Source: a virus (lineage: Duplodnaviria > Caudoviricetes). Taken from it: a DNA stretch of 46,632 bases. Under the pieces are notes generated by a model. The model saw nothing but the letters and a program-made list of their open reading frames with translations, made no database searches and was not told the DNA's origin. Where the stretch lies: IMG/VR virus record IMGVR_UViG_3300032225_001178, positions 1 through 46,632 of that record; one strand, given 5' to 3'. Below are positions 39,001-46,632 of this stretch, piece by piece. Position 1 is the first letter of the stretch. Each line of letters opens with the position of its first letter. A program made the translations under genes and the position numbers.

Positions 39001-40034
39001 ATATTAGTAGCAGATAGACCAGTATATGTAGCTGTTGCTGAATTCCAACGTAGACCTTGATTTAATCTTGCCCAGTAGGATACATTTGGTGGAGAATTTC
39101 CAACGTTGTCTGCTGTACATACATAGGTATATCCGCCAAGTCTTACAACTTGACCAACTTTATATGATGTGCCAACTAACCAATCTCCTTGGAAATTAAA
39201 TCCAGTTGTATATACAGACCAGTAACTGGTAGCTGTACTTGGGATTTGATTAATGTGATTCTGTGAAGCAACATATGAGTAACCACCATAGGTTACTACA
39301 TCACCAATTTGATATGTTGTAGACTGTGTCCAAGAGTCTTCAAATTGAAGACCGTTTACAAATACTTGAAATTTAGCAACATCAAATGTTGCACTAGATG
39401 TATGTTGAGTTGTACAGATCCAAAGATCTGAACCATACTTGACAACATCGTTTAATTTATAACGAACTGAACTAGCACTCCAGGCTCCTAGATAGGTAAC
39501 ACCTGAATTAAATGAATCCCATTTTGCTTGATCTTGTTCGAGTCCAAGAGTAGTATTAGCAGCAGAGATATGTGCAGTTTTACAAACGTAGGTAATACCG
39601 CCGTAGCTAACAAAATCGTTTATGCGATATTTTGTATTGATTGCCCAAGCGCCTGACCAATAGAATGATGTGGCAAAGGCATCCCACTTTGCTTGATCTT
39701 GTTCTAATCCTAGGTAGGTTGGACTAACATTAGTAGCAGAAGTGTGCGGTGTGTTACATTGGTAAACGATTCCGCCGTATTTTGCAAGGTCGCCTTTGTT
39801 ATAGTATGTAGACGCAGCCCAGTCAGCTCTCCAGCTTAAGCCGTCAGCCATTATATTCCACTTTGGTGGATTAGCTGAAAGGTCTGTGTTAAACAATGCG
39901 GCTGAGCTATGGCTCAATACGCAGATGTATGTTTTTCCGCCTACGGTTACAACGTCATCAACGACATACGATGTACCAGTGGTCCAACCACTTTTGTAAA
40001 CGAACTTGATCCTACCTAGTTTAAATTCTGCCAT
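30081..40034 (-). CDS. Giant multidomain virion protein (3317 aa)
   Basis: N-terminal CBM5/12-like repeats (W...T.Y..GDVV.YGG..Y.C...H), six helical (C)xRD domains, a beta-helix-like region, FCCH-like T.YYV...T.F repeats, AYG.G.FVA propeller-like repeats, and a conserved C-terminus SQVRLTGHDFLYIGTG...GRVFFTSTDQDGNF...VPTQRAIKAY. Confidence 0.85.
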   Translation of the reverse strand: MAEFKLGRIKFVYKSGWTTGTSYVVDDVVTVGGKTYICVLSHSSAALFNTDLSANPPKWNIMADGLSWRADWAASTYYNKGDLAKYGGIVYQCNTPHTSATNVSPTYLGLEQDQAKWDAFATSFYWSGAWAINTKYRINDFVSYGGITYVCKTAHISAANTTLGLEQDQAKWDSFNSGVTYLGAWSASSVRYKLNDVVKYGSDLWICTTQHTSSATFDVAKFQVFVNGLQFEDSWTQSTTYQIGDVVTYGGYSYVASQNHINQIPSTATSYWSVYTTGFNFQGDWLVGTSYKVGQVVRLGGYTYVCTADNVGNSPPNVSYWARLNQGLRWNSATATYTGLSATNIVSSGTSAVFTVVRQGTVYTATATTPGSGYAINDTLKILGTSVGGLSPVNDVTLTVSGVTTGGVTAVTASGSSTTWSTGVTYVLGDVVYWAASSYICVSAHVAGSPSRPDNDTTATYWNLLANGTDVAVLTTKGDTFYYGANGATRLPVGSDGQVLRVSSAGYPAWAYYGQINNLVWVAPSGVDTLDNGQGTTIDKPWRSVRYAANKVEEGYLNRQAKQLLDTNKQFLIKEIDSYVAYTFQASVTGTSAGAFTTASTAGLYANMPVTITPLTGSLTLAGSAITATTTYYVKTIVANTSFTVSATQTNGVAGSAVTAAGTGTATAAYVYYPAKTQRDAGYTVDGIAFDISHSGTSKTVANALAYYTTAGTAYVSGVYSYDITAFTSALAYMKTLVDNVLTQTAPATSYQTLMSVATPAAQRTDVTLVAETGTSQTAQDLITIIRTGLLAGNTTGIPTAIQPTTTIRVTTGTFDEVLPISLPSYCAVVGDELRTTVIQPASANKYLVNDKARSVNALRRLQAIVPTLMSNGTVTPTTGNAVAQVTSLPAGSAGSTLAVTRAVKSAQTIYDVFSNGISSLPTFEIPDPTGYGSSLTDTAYSTTGNLTGATTGYDLGRAQIIQNIAFLKADVSQYLINNYSSVWTALGATGQAKCQRDVGYIIDALVYDITYGGNTQALVAGSSYFSYYQLTIAGYEKDATIAAYAYLKTQVAAVVLKNAVKASGNATDPVTTGTAGSTAASNFAADRIQTIVDWITNGTASATKEIATSWVASAVVAANTALQARRSEIASDSSLWVKKFFQSLNFVEATCQRDIGLMVDAIGRDIMTGSNYAAIVCGMSYYRGTSSAAVVVANQFAAQQGVLTFLRDKVKTIAAAGSAAQVTSNIDDLIGYIYGGAVPYIQAPDQSTTTSAYAAAKNSLTANKEFFKAEVIAYLAANYAGVTIDSAAVKRDVGYIVDALRYDMTYGGTFASVQVGKTYYSALTNALQIAAGEKAARLAAYGYLSTIAQTASQNTAVSGPLQGSVTQVRNKGTQTVGSAGAATQIGALMTIITNIINNGTTSGVQTLTVTTIATANTLTSNSHALAVGDIIIPQASANGLTAGVLYYVQSFTTNTFTLSTSYLGAAIATLTNGSGLTLVFEKIIMANLGGVSTDLTAQYVTLSAARTTLRTAVISFITTNYPLLTYDQATCSRDVGYIVDAICLDFCLNSNYRSLKAGMSYYQSQSAVVLASQKQATIDAMNYLKTQISSTLYGSTTAQARANRLMDIIVNILTKGVGDAASTEYTPEVHGTVTYENTLTMIRGSEILRANSNFIAAELSAYTTYTYSAPVTNTTGSTNIITTSSAHKLIVGDPVQFSAATITTIATAATASNEQFTVGSTAGFVVNMPVSFAGTAFGNITPSTVYYVKTIVDGTHFTISDTSGGTVRDVPTNGTGSMTVTVGGLFGGLLANTVYFVATTPSTTTFTITNASTGNTQTLTTASGVATSTYYFSDAKCKRDTAEYVKALTYDLQYTGTYRTLNAGMLYNNSVAGSALQDMFRVRNATGLRNCTLSGLNGVLTNTNNYGTRRPTAGAFVALDPGFGPNDTNVWVNTRSHYSQNVTMFGTGCSGAKIDASLHGGGNKSMVKNDFTTIISDGIGVWLYGSGSLTELVSVFNYYGYAGYLAEFGGRIRATNGNSSYGTYGVIAEGVDTYETPLYGTINNRYFQAQITNTVTDFTNKILRFEFGNAGSNYTNTTHSISGSGYNATAVADEFRDGALFETRVVDLNDGNGYGGSSYASFANAAQSGDRNSITIAATDTSLTNAYAGMRIQITAGTGVGQYGNVLTYQNGSKVARIWKDSFTPLTITATTNGTPSSVTVANTETLYVNMPFYVATTVGGLTVDTLYFVKAILSGTTFSATDSSGGTAFTSQITTTTSQSVTLYCAGWDHAVPGTTIPAALDLTTTYVIEPRISHTAPGYANTARTMPTIAASVSVAATGTSGQNTISVAASSNIAIGQAVSGTNIGTGAYVTNIAGAGPYTITLSVNNSGAVASSITFTGNWAAAAYGAGNYVAVGTGSTAIAYSADGKSWTQVAAALPAPQNWRDVIYMGGEGAIATATVGGFGGSGAVLTAVLGVAGSAVAGADQVASVTVVNGGTGYTTAPTIVFTAAAGSGAVATAVVLNGAIVSVTMVIPGSGYTATPTVSAAIDRVTAIPTSQWGKNYYGSVTVNIADPFSGSAWASSGASGSLNTIIYYNNSGIKNWYKVTTTGTFTLTGPTHTSGSASNGTAVLLYIGTTAVGSAVLTNYGVSGVTVTNTGLGYTAIPAVSFTDSSSRFLAISRSTTNTAYVAPSNIGGTWSGGGSLGSTSVAGIAYGAGTVVVVGGTNYAATSTDGAVTGFVSRAIGTTSGTWVAVAYGASTFVAISSNGASNTSTNGVSWTAQGTLPGSVTNWVDMCYGEGRFVAISGGGTASRNIAYSIDNGQNWLTAGAGLPSSQLWNRIRYGQGVFIATADNYNAVAFSYDGITWVSKTVSATSNWAGIAFGNTNKNPLWVVTSRTSGTLANTLRTGAQALSRAKVTSAAVAEVRMIEPGSGYAKGAVSATTVTTNLITVDNTELMYDGQPVEFVGCAAAGLAENVTYYVIGSTITSTQFKVGSLATPATPVTLSTQTLTGTYRTAPILTQFDPNKVKVAAFRQRMGDGALANPGFPNRGTNNTTATATTLGDGYSDLYQPSTFVNVGGLYDIPKPGANVEFANIPSTWFKLVAVTNILGTPGNYTAQFQINPSLSVYNAPAQGTLITTRLKYSQVRLTGHDFLYIGTGNKTRTNYPYVDTTLAVTANQANFSGGGRVFFTSTDQDGNFNVGNLFGVQQATGTATLNASAFNLSGLQSLQLGAVSIGVGSAVITQFSTDPYFTANSDSIVPTQRAIKAYITAQIGGGASSLNVNTLTAGVVYLANNTISTTTGVQINVTSKMNFTGGVDGAPVALGFFLQR
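34460..38380 (-). repeat. Six helical domains with a (C)xRD.G..VDA...D motif, phycobiliprotein/globin-like
   Basis: KTQRD 37995-38009, KCQRD 37041-37055, TCQRD 36570-36584, AVKRD 36156-36170, TCSRD 35430-35444, KCKRD 34512-34526. Confidence 0.7.
38630..40010 (-). repeat. About eight CBM5/12 (chitin-binding type 3)-like repeats
   Basis: Repeated G.W...T.Y...D.V.YGG..YVC...H.S units, e.g. WAINTKYRINDFVSYGGITYVC and WTQSTTYQIGDVVTYGGYSYVA. Confidence 0.7.
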
Positions 40035-40054
40035 TTTATTTCATTCCTCGATTT

Positions 40055-40062
40055 TATTTATC
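40055..40062 (-). promoter_or_regulatory. Putative late promoter (GATAAATA)
   Basis: 7/8 match, intergenic, upstream of a GAGG Shine-Dalgarno and the ATG at 40034. Confidence 0.6.
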
Positions 40063-40083
40063 TTAAATTTAAAGTCCGTGCTT

Positions 40084-43000
40084 TTAAGCATTTCCTCTAC
40101 TCGCTCCCGCAGCCAGGAATCGGAACAATGCTTCTCCGTCGCCGCAGAACTGCCCATATCCGCCATTCTTACCAAATAATACAACCCTATCCACTTTGAC
40201 ATTGGAACCTAATGTTCCTTCTGGGATTGTTGAAGCGATCTTATCTGGGCCGCCAACTAGTACAGTACCGGCAATTAATTGTCCAGTAAATGTATTTGAA
40301 CCACCTTGGCTTAAACGACTGGTTAGGTATGCTTTGATTGCTTTCTGCGTAGGAACAATGTTATTTGAGTTGGCTACGAAAGTTTGATCTTTACTAAACT
40401 GTTGAACAACAACACTTGATCCACCTACTGCAATACCGCCCAAGCTCAATGTTTCTAGTCCACTCAATCCAAATTGTGAAGCACTTAATGTAACAATACC
40501 TGTTGCCTGCTCAACTCCGAATAGTGTACCAATTTTAAAGTTACCGTCTTGGTCAGTACTCTGATAGAACACACGACCATAATTACTTTCAATCGCTTGA
40601 TTCTCTGGTTGATCTGTTAGTGTGTCAACTTTTGGATAGTTTGTTGTAAACACATCACCAGTACCAATATCTAAGAAGTCGTGTCCAGTTAGGCGTGCCT
40701 GGCTGTACTGTTGTCTAATTAAAATAGCTGTTCCATTTTCCGGACTTACTGCTACTGTTAATTCCGGCGATATCTGTAAATTCGCTTCAATGTTCGGCGC
40801 TGTTGTACCAAACTGAACTGTGGCATTAGTAACTTTGTAAATCTTATCAATGCCGGCGATACTCAAGTTATCACCCGGTCTAGGTAGTTTGCTTAGATTG
40901 TTAACTATCAAAGTTAGACCTGTTTGGAAAGAGTCCGAATAACCGTTACCTGATATCGTAATAGATGTGTTAGTACTTGTATAACCCGAACCTTTGTTGA
41001 CAAACGTTGGATTACCTAGCACACCGTTACCAATTCTAGGTTGTACTGTTGCTTCTAATGTTGTGTTAGGATCAGTAAATGTCACTGTCGGTGCTGTGAT
41101 ATATCCCGAACCAGGCTCAAACGAATTAATTGATGTAATAATATTGCTGTTTACAATTGGTCTTACCTTAGTTCTAACACCAGCACTAATTCTTGAAGCT
41201 GCTGATACTGATCCTGCTGTTACAAAGTAACCAGTGTATGTTGTTGATGCGAGGCCATATGCCACCCCGCCGTATGAGTCTGGACTTACGGTTCTAGTAG
41301 TCCACTGTAATCCATCTTCTGAAGTATATGCGGTTGCACTGCTGGCAGTAATGGCCAAGAATACTCCTTGACCGTATTCAACAAATCCTGCAGTAATTGG
41401 CAAGTATGATTGATACCAAGTAATTCCATCAACACTATATGCTGTCTTAGAACTAGATGATGAAACTGCAACAAACTTATTGTTGCCGTATGCAACTGAA
41501 GTCCAGTTAGTATTTGACGGCAATGTTCTTGTAGTCCAGTTAACACCATCGGTTGATGATGCCGCTGTCGCACTCGATGTTGCTACTGCAACAAATATTC
41601 CTTTTCCGTAGGCTAACCCAGTCCATATCGCTGTTGGTAGTCCTGAACCTGTTTGCCAAGTTTGTCCGGCATTAGTCGAGTATGCTGCTGTTCCGTTTGA
41701 TGCAGAAATTGCAACAAATTTACCTTTACCATATTTTACTTTTGCCCAAGTATCAGCTGTTGGAAGGCTGTAGGCTCTCCAACCTGCACCGTTTGAGAAA
41801 CTAGTTGCTGATGGAGAATTGCCCAACCCACCTGCTGAAATAGCTACCCAAGCACCGTCACCATAGGCAATGTCAGTCCACTGACCCGATGCTGGTAATG
41901 TGGTAGATGTCCAACTGTTACCGGTAGATGATTTAGTACCAATTTGTCCGTTATTTGGCAGTGCGATCCAAGTATTGTCACCGTAGGCAATACAATTCCA
42001 ATAGTTAGGTGCTGATAGTACTGTTGTATTAGACGAAGACTGTGTGAAAGATGGATCTGTAAATGTTAATCTAGGTTCAATATAGTATACTGCTGAGTTG
42101 TCTAGAACTGTGATTATCGGAGTGCCCGGAATAACGTGATCAAATCCAGTTGCACCCAAGTTCATTGAGCCAACTTTATTTTGTAACGTAACTGTAACAC
42201 CGCTGTTTGCCACAGTATTATTTGCTACAGTAAATGTATTGTTACCCGAATCGATATTGTTTACATAATAGACTGTACCTGCACTAACTCCACCATACAC
42301 CGATGTTTGATACTGTGCATTCATCTTGCCTAATGCTGCTGTTAGAACCTGTTTAGCTGCTGTCGAAGTTCCTGTTAGGTTTGTTACAGATGCATTAGTA
42401 GTTAATGTCTGTGATAGAGGTGCTGTACGCACTGTTATATTACCCGAAGCATTGTATAAGCTAATTGACGATCCGCCAGGAGTAGCACTAATTGTAAACG
42501 AAGTAGCATTATTAACCGCTAGGATGTAGTAGACATATTCTGTCTGAACATTACCAAAGCCGTTACCAATAAAGACAACTGGGTTATTTGCCAAGAAACC
42601 AGCAGTCGAATCTACAGTAATCAAGTTAGATGTTAGCTGTGTTGCTGTTGCTGTTCTTGTTAAAATTGCACTAGATACGCTGAATGTCGTACTGTTAATA
42701 ATACGACTAATATAGTATTTTGTTCCTTCTGTCAGTCCAGTACCAGTTATTGTTCCTGAGAATATAATTGGATTTAGTGCAACTAATGTTGCTGTAGATG
42801 CCACGGTAATTATATTACCAGTCGCACTAGTTGCTGTTGGTGTTATAGATACTAGTCCGGTTGATACAGTGAAGTGAGTTGAATCAATAATATCTTGAAT
42901 ATAATATGTTCCGCCTAACACTGTGCCGCCTAATGCTGTTCCAGTAAACTGAATTAACAAATTAGGTGTCATTGTATCAGTGGCGCCTTGTAGGTAACTA

Positions 43001-46000
43001 GTACCGCTTGGGAATGACATAGTCATTGATCCATTTTGTGTTACTAGTTGTTGTGCAGCGCCGTAAATTGTTGCAGCCACCTGAATAGTTGTGCTATCAA
43101 TAATTGCAGCAATATAATAATTATAGTCGCCTGTTAATCCACCAAATACTGACTGTGTTCCGTCTATGGCAAAGAATTTAACCGCTTGATTAGTTCTTAA
43201 TTGTGCTGTTGACGCTACGCTAACTGTATTGTAGATGCCACCAGTTACTGCGGTTGCTGTGAGGTAGCCAACACTGGTTGCGGTAACACTGGTCTTGTAG
43301 TATGTAGGAATAAATTCTACCGGCATATCAATGTAGAGCTTGTCTACTTTCGATGGAGTTGTTAGTGTAAATGTGTTGCCTGATGCATTTGTTCCGCCAA
43401 TTTTTAAAACATCAAAACTTGATTTTAATACGTTGGCACGCTTGCTTACACCTGCATCAAAATATGAAATATAACCGTATTGACCTGCTCCAGTACCGCT
43501 ATTAATAAACACATTCATACCAACATAGTTAGTGGCAGTTCTTGTGTCAGAACCAGCAAGTAAAATGTATTGATCAGTTCCGCCTTGGGAATTATTAGAC
43601 GCTGTTAGATATCCGTTACCGCCTGTTGAGCCAGTACCATCTAGGTCGGTCAATCGAGTTTGGAATACTCCGCCTGATCTATTTTCATCACCCACTAATT
43701 GGGCTCCTGTTCCAGCGCCAACAACGTTGTAGTTTGCATAGGCTGTATATTTTGCTGCCTGTGTTTCTTGATAGAAACTTGGCTGTCCGTTTGTTTTAGA
43801 AACTTCTAGTTGATTACCGTAGATATAGGTGTAACCAGCTGCCTGTCCAACACCGCGGGCATAGATTCTGTGAGTTAGTGTTGTATTAAGACCAGTAACA
43901 TCATTGATGGCCATATACAATCTGTACCAACCATCAGGTAATACTTTTGCGCCGTACTGTGTAGGAACAAATCCAGTGCCATCACTAGATGCTGTTGTTA
44001 CTCCGGTAACAAAGTTGAATGACACTTTGCTTTGCACAGTTGTACTGCCAGAAAATATACCAGCTAGATCAACACTATTGGCATTTCCCTGTTTCACATA
44101 AGCACTGAGTGTATAGTTTTTTGCACTGGCTGGTGGTACTGTACCAGCAACACCTACTGTTAAAATAGCACTACCAGATAATGATTGCACAGTAATTGTA
44201 CAATCGTTAACTGTGTCAGTACCGCCTAAGTTACTGCCAGGAATAAACATTGTGTTACCAGTAACATATCCGCTGCCGCCGGAGTTAACCTGTACGGTGT
44301 AGCTAGTACTTGTGACCGTAACGTCAAATGTTGCAGAAACGCCGCTACCTGTTAAGTTGTTTGCTGGTAATGCTGTATATGTTTTACCTGCGGCCGGAAT
44401 ACTAATTGCCTGTGTAAGGTATGCAGTATCTGTGCCGCCAGTAAGTGCAGTAAATGTCCACGCTTCCGACACACCGTTTGGAGCAAGAGCATTTTTCTGT
44501 AATACCACATTACCGTCATTGGTCCACGCAGCATTAAAATAGTTGTTACTGTACAACAAGTTATTTGTAGTACTTGTATAATAGGCCACGCCTGCATTGC
44601 CATAATTGACACCCGTTAACTGAGCACTACCGCTCAATGAACTTTGAACACTGGCCTGTACCTGGCTTGATTTATTGTAAACAGTTCCTGCGATAGGTAC
44701 TTCAGATAGATCGTAACCTTCTGCAATAACACCAAATGTACCGTAAGATGTGTTTCCGTTTGTAGCACGAATTCGTCCGCCTGCTTCAGCTAGATATCCA
44801 GAATATGAATAGTATGCGAATACAGAAACAAGTTCAGTTAGTGCTCCTGAACCTGTACACCATACGCCAATACCACCCGATAGAATAGTTGTGTAGTCGT
44901 TGGCAACAATCGATTTATTTCCGCCGCGATGTAGATCACCATCAATCTTAATACCTGTACATCCGTAACCGAATACTGTACAGTTTTGTGTATATGGGCT
45001 TCGACGATAGATCCAAGAACGACTGTCGTTTGGTCCACGGCCTGGATCTAGACTTGAGTATGATCCGCCTGATGGGCGTTGTGTTTGAAATGCGTTAATG
45101 CCGCCTAGTGATCCTAGTAGACCAGTAAAGGTCATATTTCTTAGACCGGTACCATTACGTAAACGGAACATATCTTGAATAGCATCGCCACCGTAGACGT
45201 AGATTGCTGCGTTACCGGCCGACGCTGTTTGAATTGGAAATATTGGGCCGCCTGGGAAAGCTGAAATACTGAACTTGGTTGCAGTAATTGCTGTACCGGT
45301 AATGTTTGATCCTGTGCCTGTAGTCCAAGCTGTAAAGAAACTGCCGTCGATATAACGATATACACCATTCGATGTAGCAACTCCGCCAGATAGATCCTGA
45401 CCATAACTGTAGCCTAATGCTTTCCCTGCTGCTGCTGAAGCGTTATATGTATATCCAGGAATAGTAGTGTAGCCAGACGGCGCACCTTGACTTGCTGTTG
45501 CTCCAAAAATTGCAACTCCGTTCAACCAGAATCCAACTTGACCAGTACCTACTGATGTTTTTAATGTAGCTGCTTGATTAGTACCACCTCTAAACTTAAA
45601 TGATAAGTCATAGTTTTGAATGATTGGATTATTAGTGGATGTTTGGCTTCCGAAGCTGTGATACGGTACGCCTTTAGATTTTGCACGGATAGTTCCGCCA
45701 TCTGCACTGATTGTCCAACTGCTTTGCACCCCGTCGAAGTTTGATTTTTGACTTGTGTATTCAATAAAGTAACCGGCAGGTGCAGAGCCGCCGCCACTGT
45801 AATAATCGCTGACTAGCGGATTTGGAACACCATAGAAACGTTTGCCGACTACATAAGGATATGCTGGTGCACCACCGGCATCAATAGTTGTAAAGTAAGC
45901 ATAAGTCCCATTAGGATAATCTGGAGTAACACAATAACGACCATTATACTCATCTAGGTCAGTGCCTGCAGGATTAGTAAATGACCAGTCTTCATTAAAG

Positions 46001-46632
46001 ATACCCATCGGATATCTTGCGGTATCTGTTACAGGCGTTACACGAGTACTTGAAGAATTTAACGTATAACCACTTTGCATTCTCTTTGGTGCTGTAACGG
46101 CACTGTTAGGATTCGTATAACCAATTGGGCCATAGATTGGGTATCCGTCTAAGGCAAAACCAAGAATCTTGCTGTGTCCGTCTGGATGTAGTAGAGAACC
46201 GTTAAGATATGAAATAGCAGTAATTTCAGGTGTGCCCGCGTTAGCTGCATTTTTATCGTTAACATAAAAAGTCTGGCCCGTAGTAATACCACCAATTGAC
46301 AGTGTGCCAGCTCCGATTGTAATGGCTCCTGAGAACTGAATAGGAGTACCATCCACAATACCGTCTGTAGAAGTTACGGTAAATGATGCGTCACCACTCG
46401 ATGTGCTTTTAACAATGGTATCAATAACATTAGCAGGCGTCACAACAGATCCGCGGAGTTCTTCTCCTACGATCGCTGTATTTTCTGGTACAACGATTGG
46501 TAGTGTTTCTCTGTAGGTACCTGTCTTGACAAATACAGTTGATGTAATGCCCTGATTTTGTGCTGGTAAACTGGCAGTTGTATGATTTGACAACGCTGTT
46601 GTAATAATCAAGAATAATGCGTTAATCGCTGC
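40084..46632 (-). CDS. Giant multidomain virion protein, 5'-truncated (>2180 aa), paralog of 30081-40034
   Basis: The frame stays open past the TTG at 46611 to the window edge (AAINALFL-IITT). Shares VGEELR, QDMFRLRNGTGLRN, GGRIRATNGN.SYG and RLTGHDFL.IGTG with the neighbour; also carries YHYH-like, CBM-like and propeller-like domains. Confidence 0.85.
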   Translation of the reverse strand, partial: AAINALFLIITTALSNHTTASLPAQNQGITSTVFVKTGTYRETLPIVVPENTAIVGEELRGSVVTPANVIDTIVKSTSSGDASFTVTSTDGIVDGTPIQFSGAITIGAGTLSIGGITTGQTFYVNDKNAANAGTPEITAISYLNGSLLHPDGHSKILGFALDGYPIYGPIGYTNPNSAVTAPKRMQSGYTLNSSSTRVTPVTDTARYPMGIFNEDWSFTNPAGTDLDEYNGRYCVTPDYPNGTYAYFTTIDAGGAPAYPYVVGKRFYGVPNPLVSDYYSGGGSAPAGYFIEYTSQKSNFDGVQSSWTISADGGTIRAKSKGVPYHSFGSQTSTNNPIIQNYDLSFKFRGGTNQAATLKTSVGTGQVGFWLNGVAIFGATASQGAPSGYTTIPGYTYNASAAAGKALGYSYGQDLSGGVATSNGVYRYIDGSFFTAWTTGTGSNITGTAITATKFSISAFPGGPIFPIQTASAGNAAIYVYGGDAIQDMFRLRNGTGLRNMTFTGLLGSLGGINAFQTQRPSGGSYSSLDPGRGPNDSRSWIYRRSPYTQNCTVFGYGCTGIKIDGDLHRGGNKSIVANDYTTILSGGIGVWCTGSGALTELVSVFAYYSYSGYLAEAGGRIRATNGNTSYGTFGVIAEGYDLSEVPIAGTVYNKSSQVQASVQSSLSGSAQLTGVNYGNAGVAYYTSTTNNLLYSNNYFNAAWTNDGNVVLQKNALAPNGVSEAWTFTALTGGTDTAYLTQAISIPAAGKTYTALPANNLTGSGVSATFDVTVTSTSYTVQVNSGGSGYVTGNTMFIPGSNLGGTDTVNDCTITVQSLSGSAILTVGVAGTVPPASAKNYTLSAYVKQGNANSVDLAGIFSGSTTVQSKVSFNFVTGVTTASSDGTGFVPTQYGAKVLPDGWYRLYMAINDVTGLNTTLTHRIYARGVGQAAGYTYIYGNQLEVSKTNGQPSFYQETQAAKYTAYANYNVVGAGTGAQLVGDENRSGGVFQTRLTDLDGTGSTGGNGYLTASNNSQGGTDQYILLAGSDTRTATNYVGMNVFINSGTGAGQYGYISYFDAGVSKRANVLKSSFDVLKIGGTNASGNTFTLTTPSKVDKLYIDMPVEFIPTYYKTSVTATSVGYLTATAVTGGIYNTVSVASTAQLRTNQAVKFFAIDGTQSVFGGLTGDYNYYIAAIIDSTTIQVAATIYGAAQQLVTQNGSMTMSFPSGTSYLQGATDTMTPNLLIQFTGTALGGTVLGGTYYIQDIIDSTHFTVSTGLVSITPTATSATGNIITVASTATLVALNPIIFSGTITGTGLTEGTKYYISRIINSTTFSVSSAILTRTATATQLTSNLITVDSTAGFLANNPVVFIGNGFGNVQTEYVYYILAVNNATSFTISATPGGSSISLYNASGNITVRTAPLSQTLTTNASVTNLTGTSTAAKQVLTAALGKMNAQYQTSVYGGVSAGTVYYVNNIDSGNNTFTVANNTVANSGVTVTLQNKVGSMNLGATGFDHVIPGTPIITVLDNSAVYYIEPRLTFTDPSFTQSSSNTTVLSAPNYWNCIAYGDNTWIALPNNGQIGTKSSTGNSWTSTTLPASGQWTDIAYGDGAWVAISAGGLGNSPSATSFSNGAGWRAYSLPTADTWAKVKYGKGKFVAISASNGTAAYSTNAGQTWQTGSGLPTAIWTGLAYGKGIFVAVATSSATAASSTDGVNWTTRTLPSNTNWTSVAYGNNKFVAVSSSSSKTAYSVDGITWYQSYLPITAGFVEYGQGVFLAITASSATAYTSEDGLQWTTRTVSPDSYGGVAYGLASTTYTGYFVTAGSVSAASRISAGVRTKVRPIVNSNIITSINSFEPGSGYITAPTVTFTDPNTTLEATVQPRIGNGVLGNPTFVNKGSGYTSTNTSITISGNGYSDSFQTGLTLIVNNLSKLPRPGDNLSIAGIDKIYKVTNATVQFGTTAPNIEANLQISPELTVAVSPENGTAILIRQQYSQARLTGHDFLDIGTGDVFTTNYPKVDTLTDQPENQAIESNYGRVFYQSTDQDGNFKIGTLFGVEQATGIVTLSASQFGLSGLETLSLGGIAVGGSSVVVQQFSKDQTFVANSNNIVPTQKAIKAYLTSRLSQGGSNTFTGQLIAGTVLVGGPDKIASTIPEGTLGSNVKVDRVVLFGKNGGYGQFCGDGEALFRFLAAGASRGNA

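Noticed and set aside
30428-46358. Short ORFs overlapping the two giant genes
   Set aside because: Antisense or off-frame shadows with no independent signals.
46609-46611. TTG start of the 2175-aa ORF
   Set aside because: The frame stays open to the window edge and the paralog extends much further N-terminally.

Overview
Fragment of a large, AT-rich T4-like (myovirus-type) phage genome. T4-type late-promoter boxes (TATAAATA or NATAAATA) lie upstream of several genes; no tRNA, rRNA, CRISPR or IS element was seen. Both ends encode giant Thr/Gly/Ala-rich virion/fibre proteins on the minus strand (<1-5768, 30081-40034, 40084->46632), plus small fibre genes and three tandem Gly/His-rich adhesin-like paralogs (26366-28962). 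Between them is an ~18.7 kb island (6880-25578) of 14 Fe(II)/2OG-oxygenase-fold genes, 5 tryptophan-halogenase-like flavoproteins, 2 dUTPase-fold-like proteins and 2 small ORFs. No scaffold synthase is visible, and the larger arm sits behind its own terminator and late promoter. Two main signals: (i) seven helical domains in the giant virion proteins resemble the phycobiliprotein globin fold, five of them keeping the bilin-attachment motif C-x-R-D; (ii) the late oxygenase/halogenase island next to the His/Gly-rich fibres may be a virion-protein tailoring system. All family assignments come from motif recognition by eye, not from database searches.
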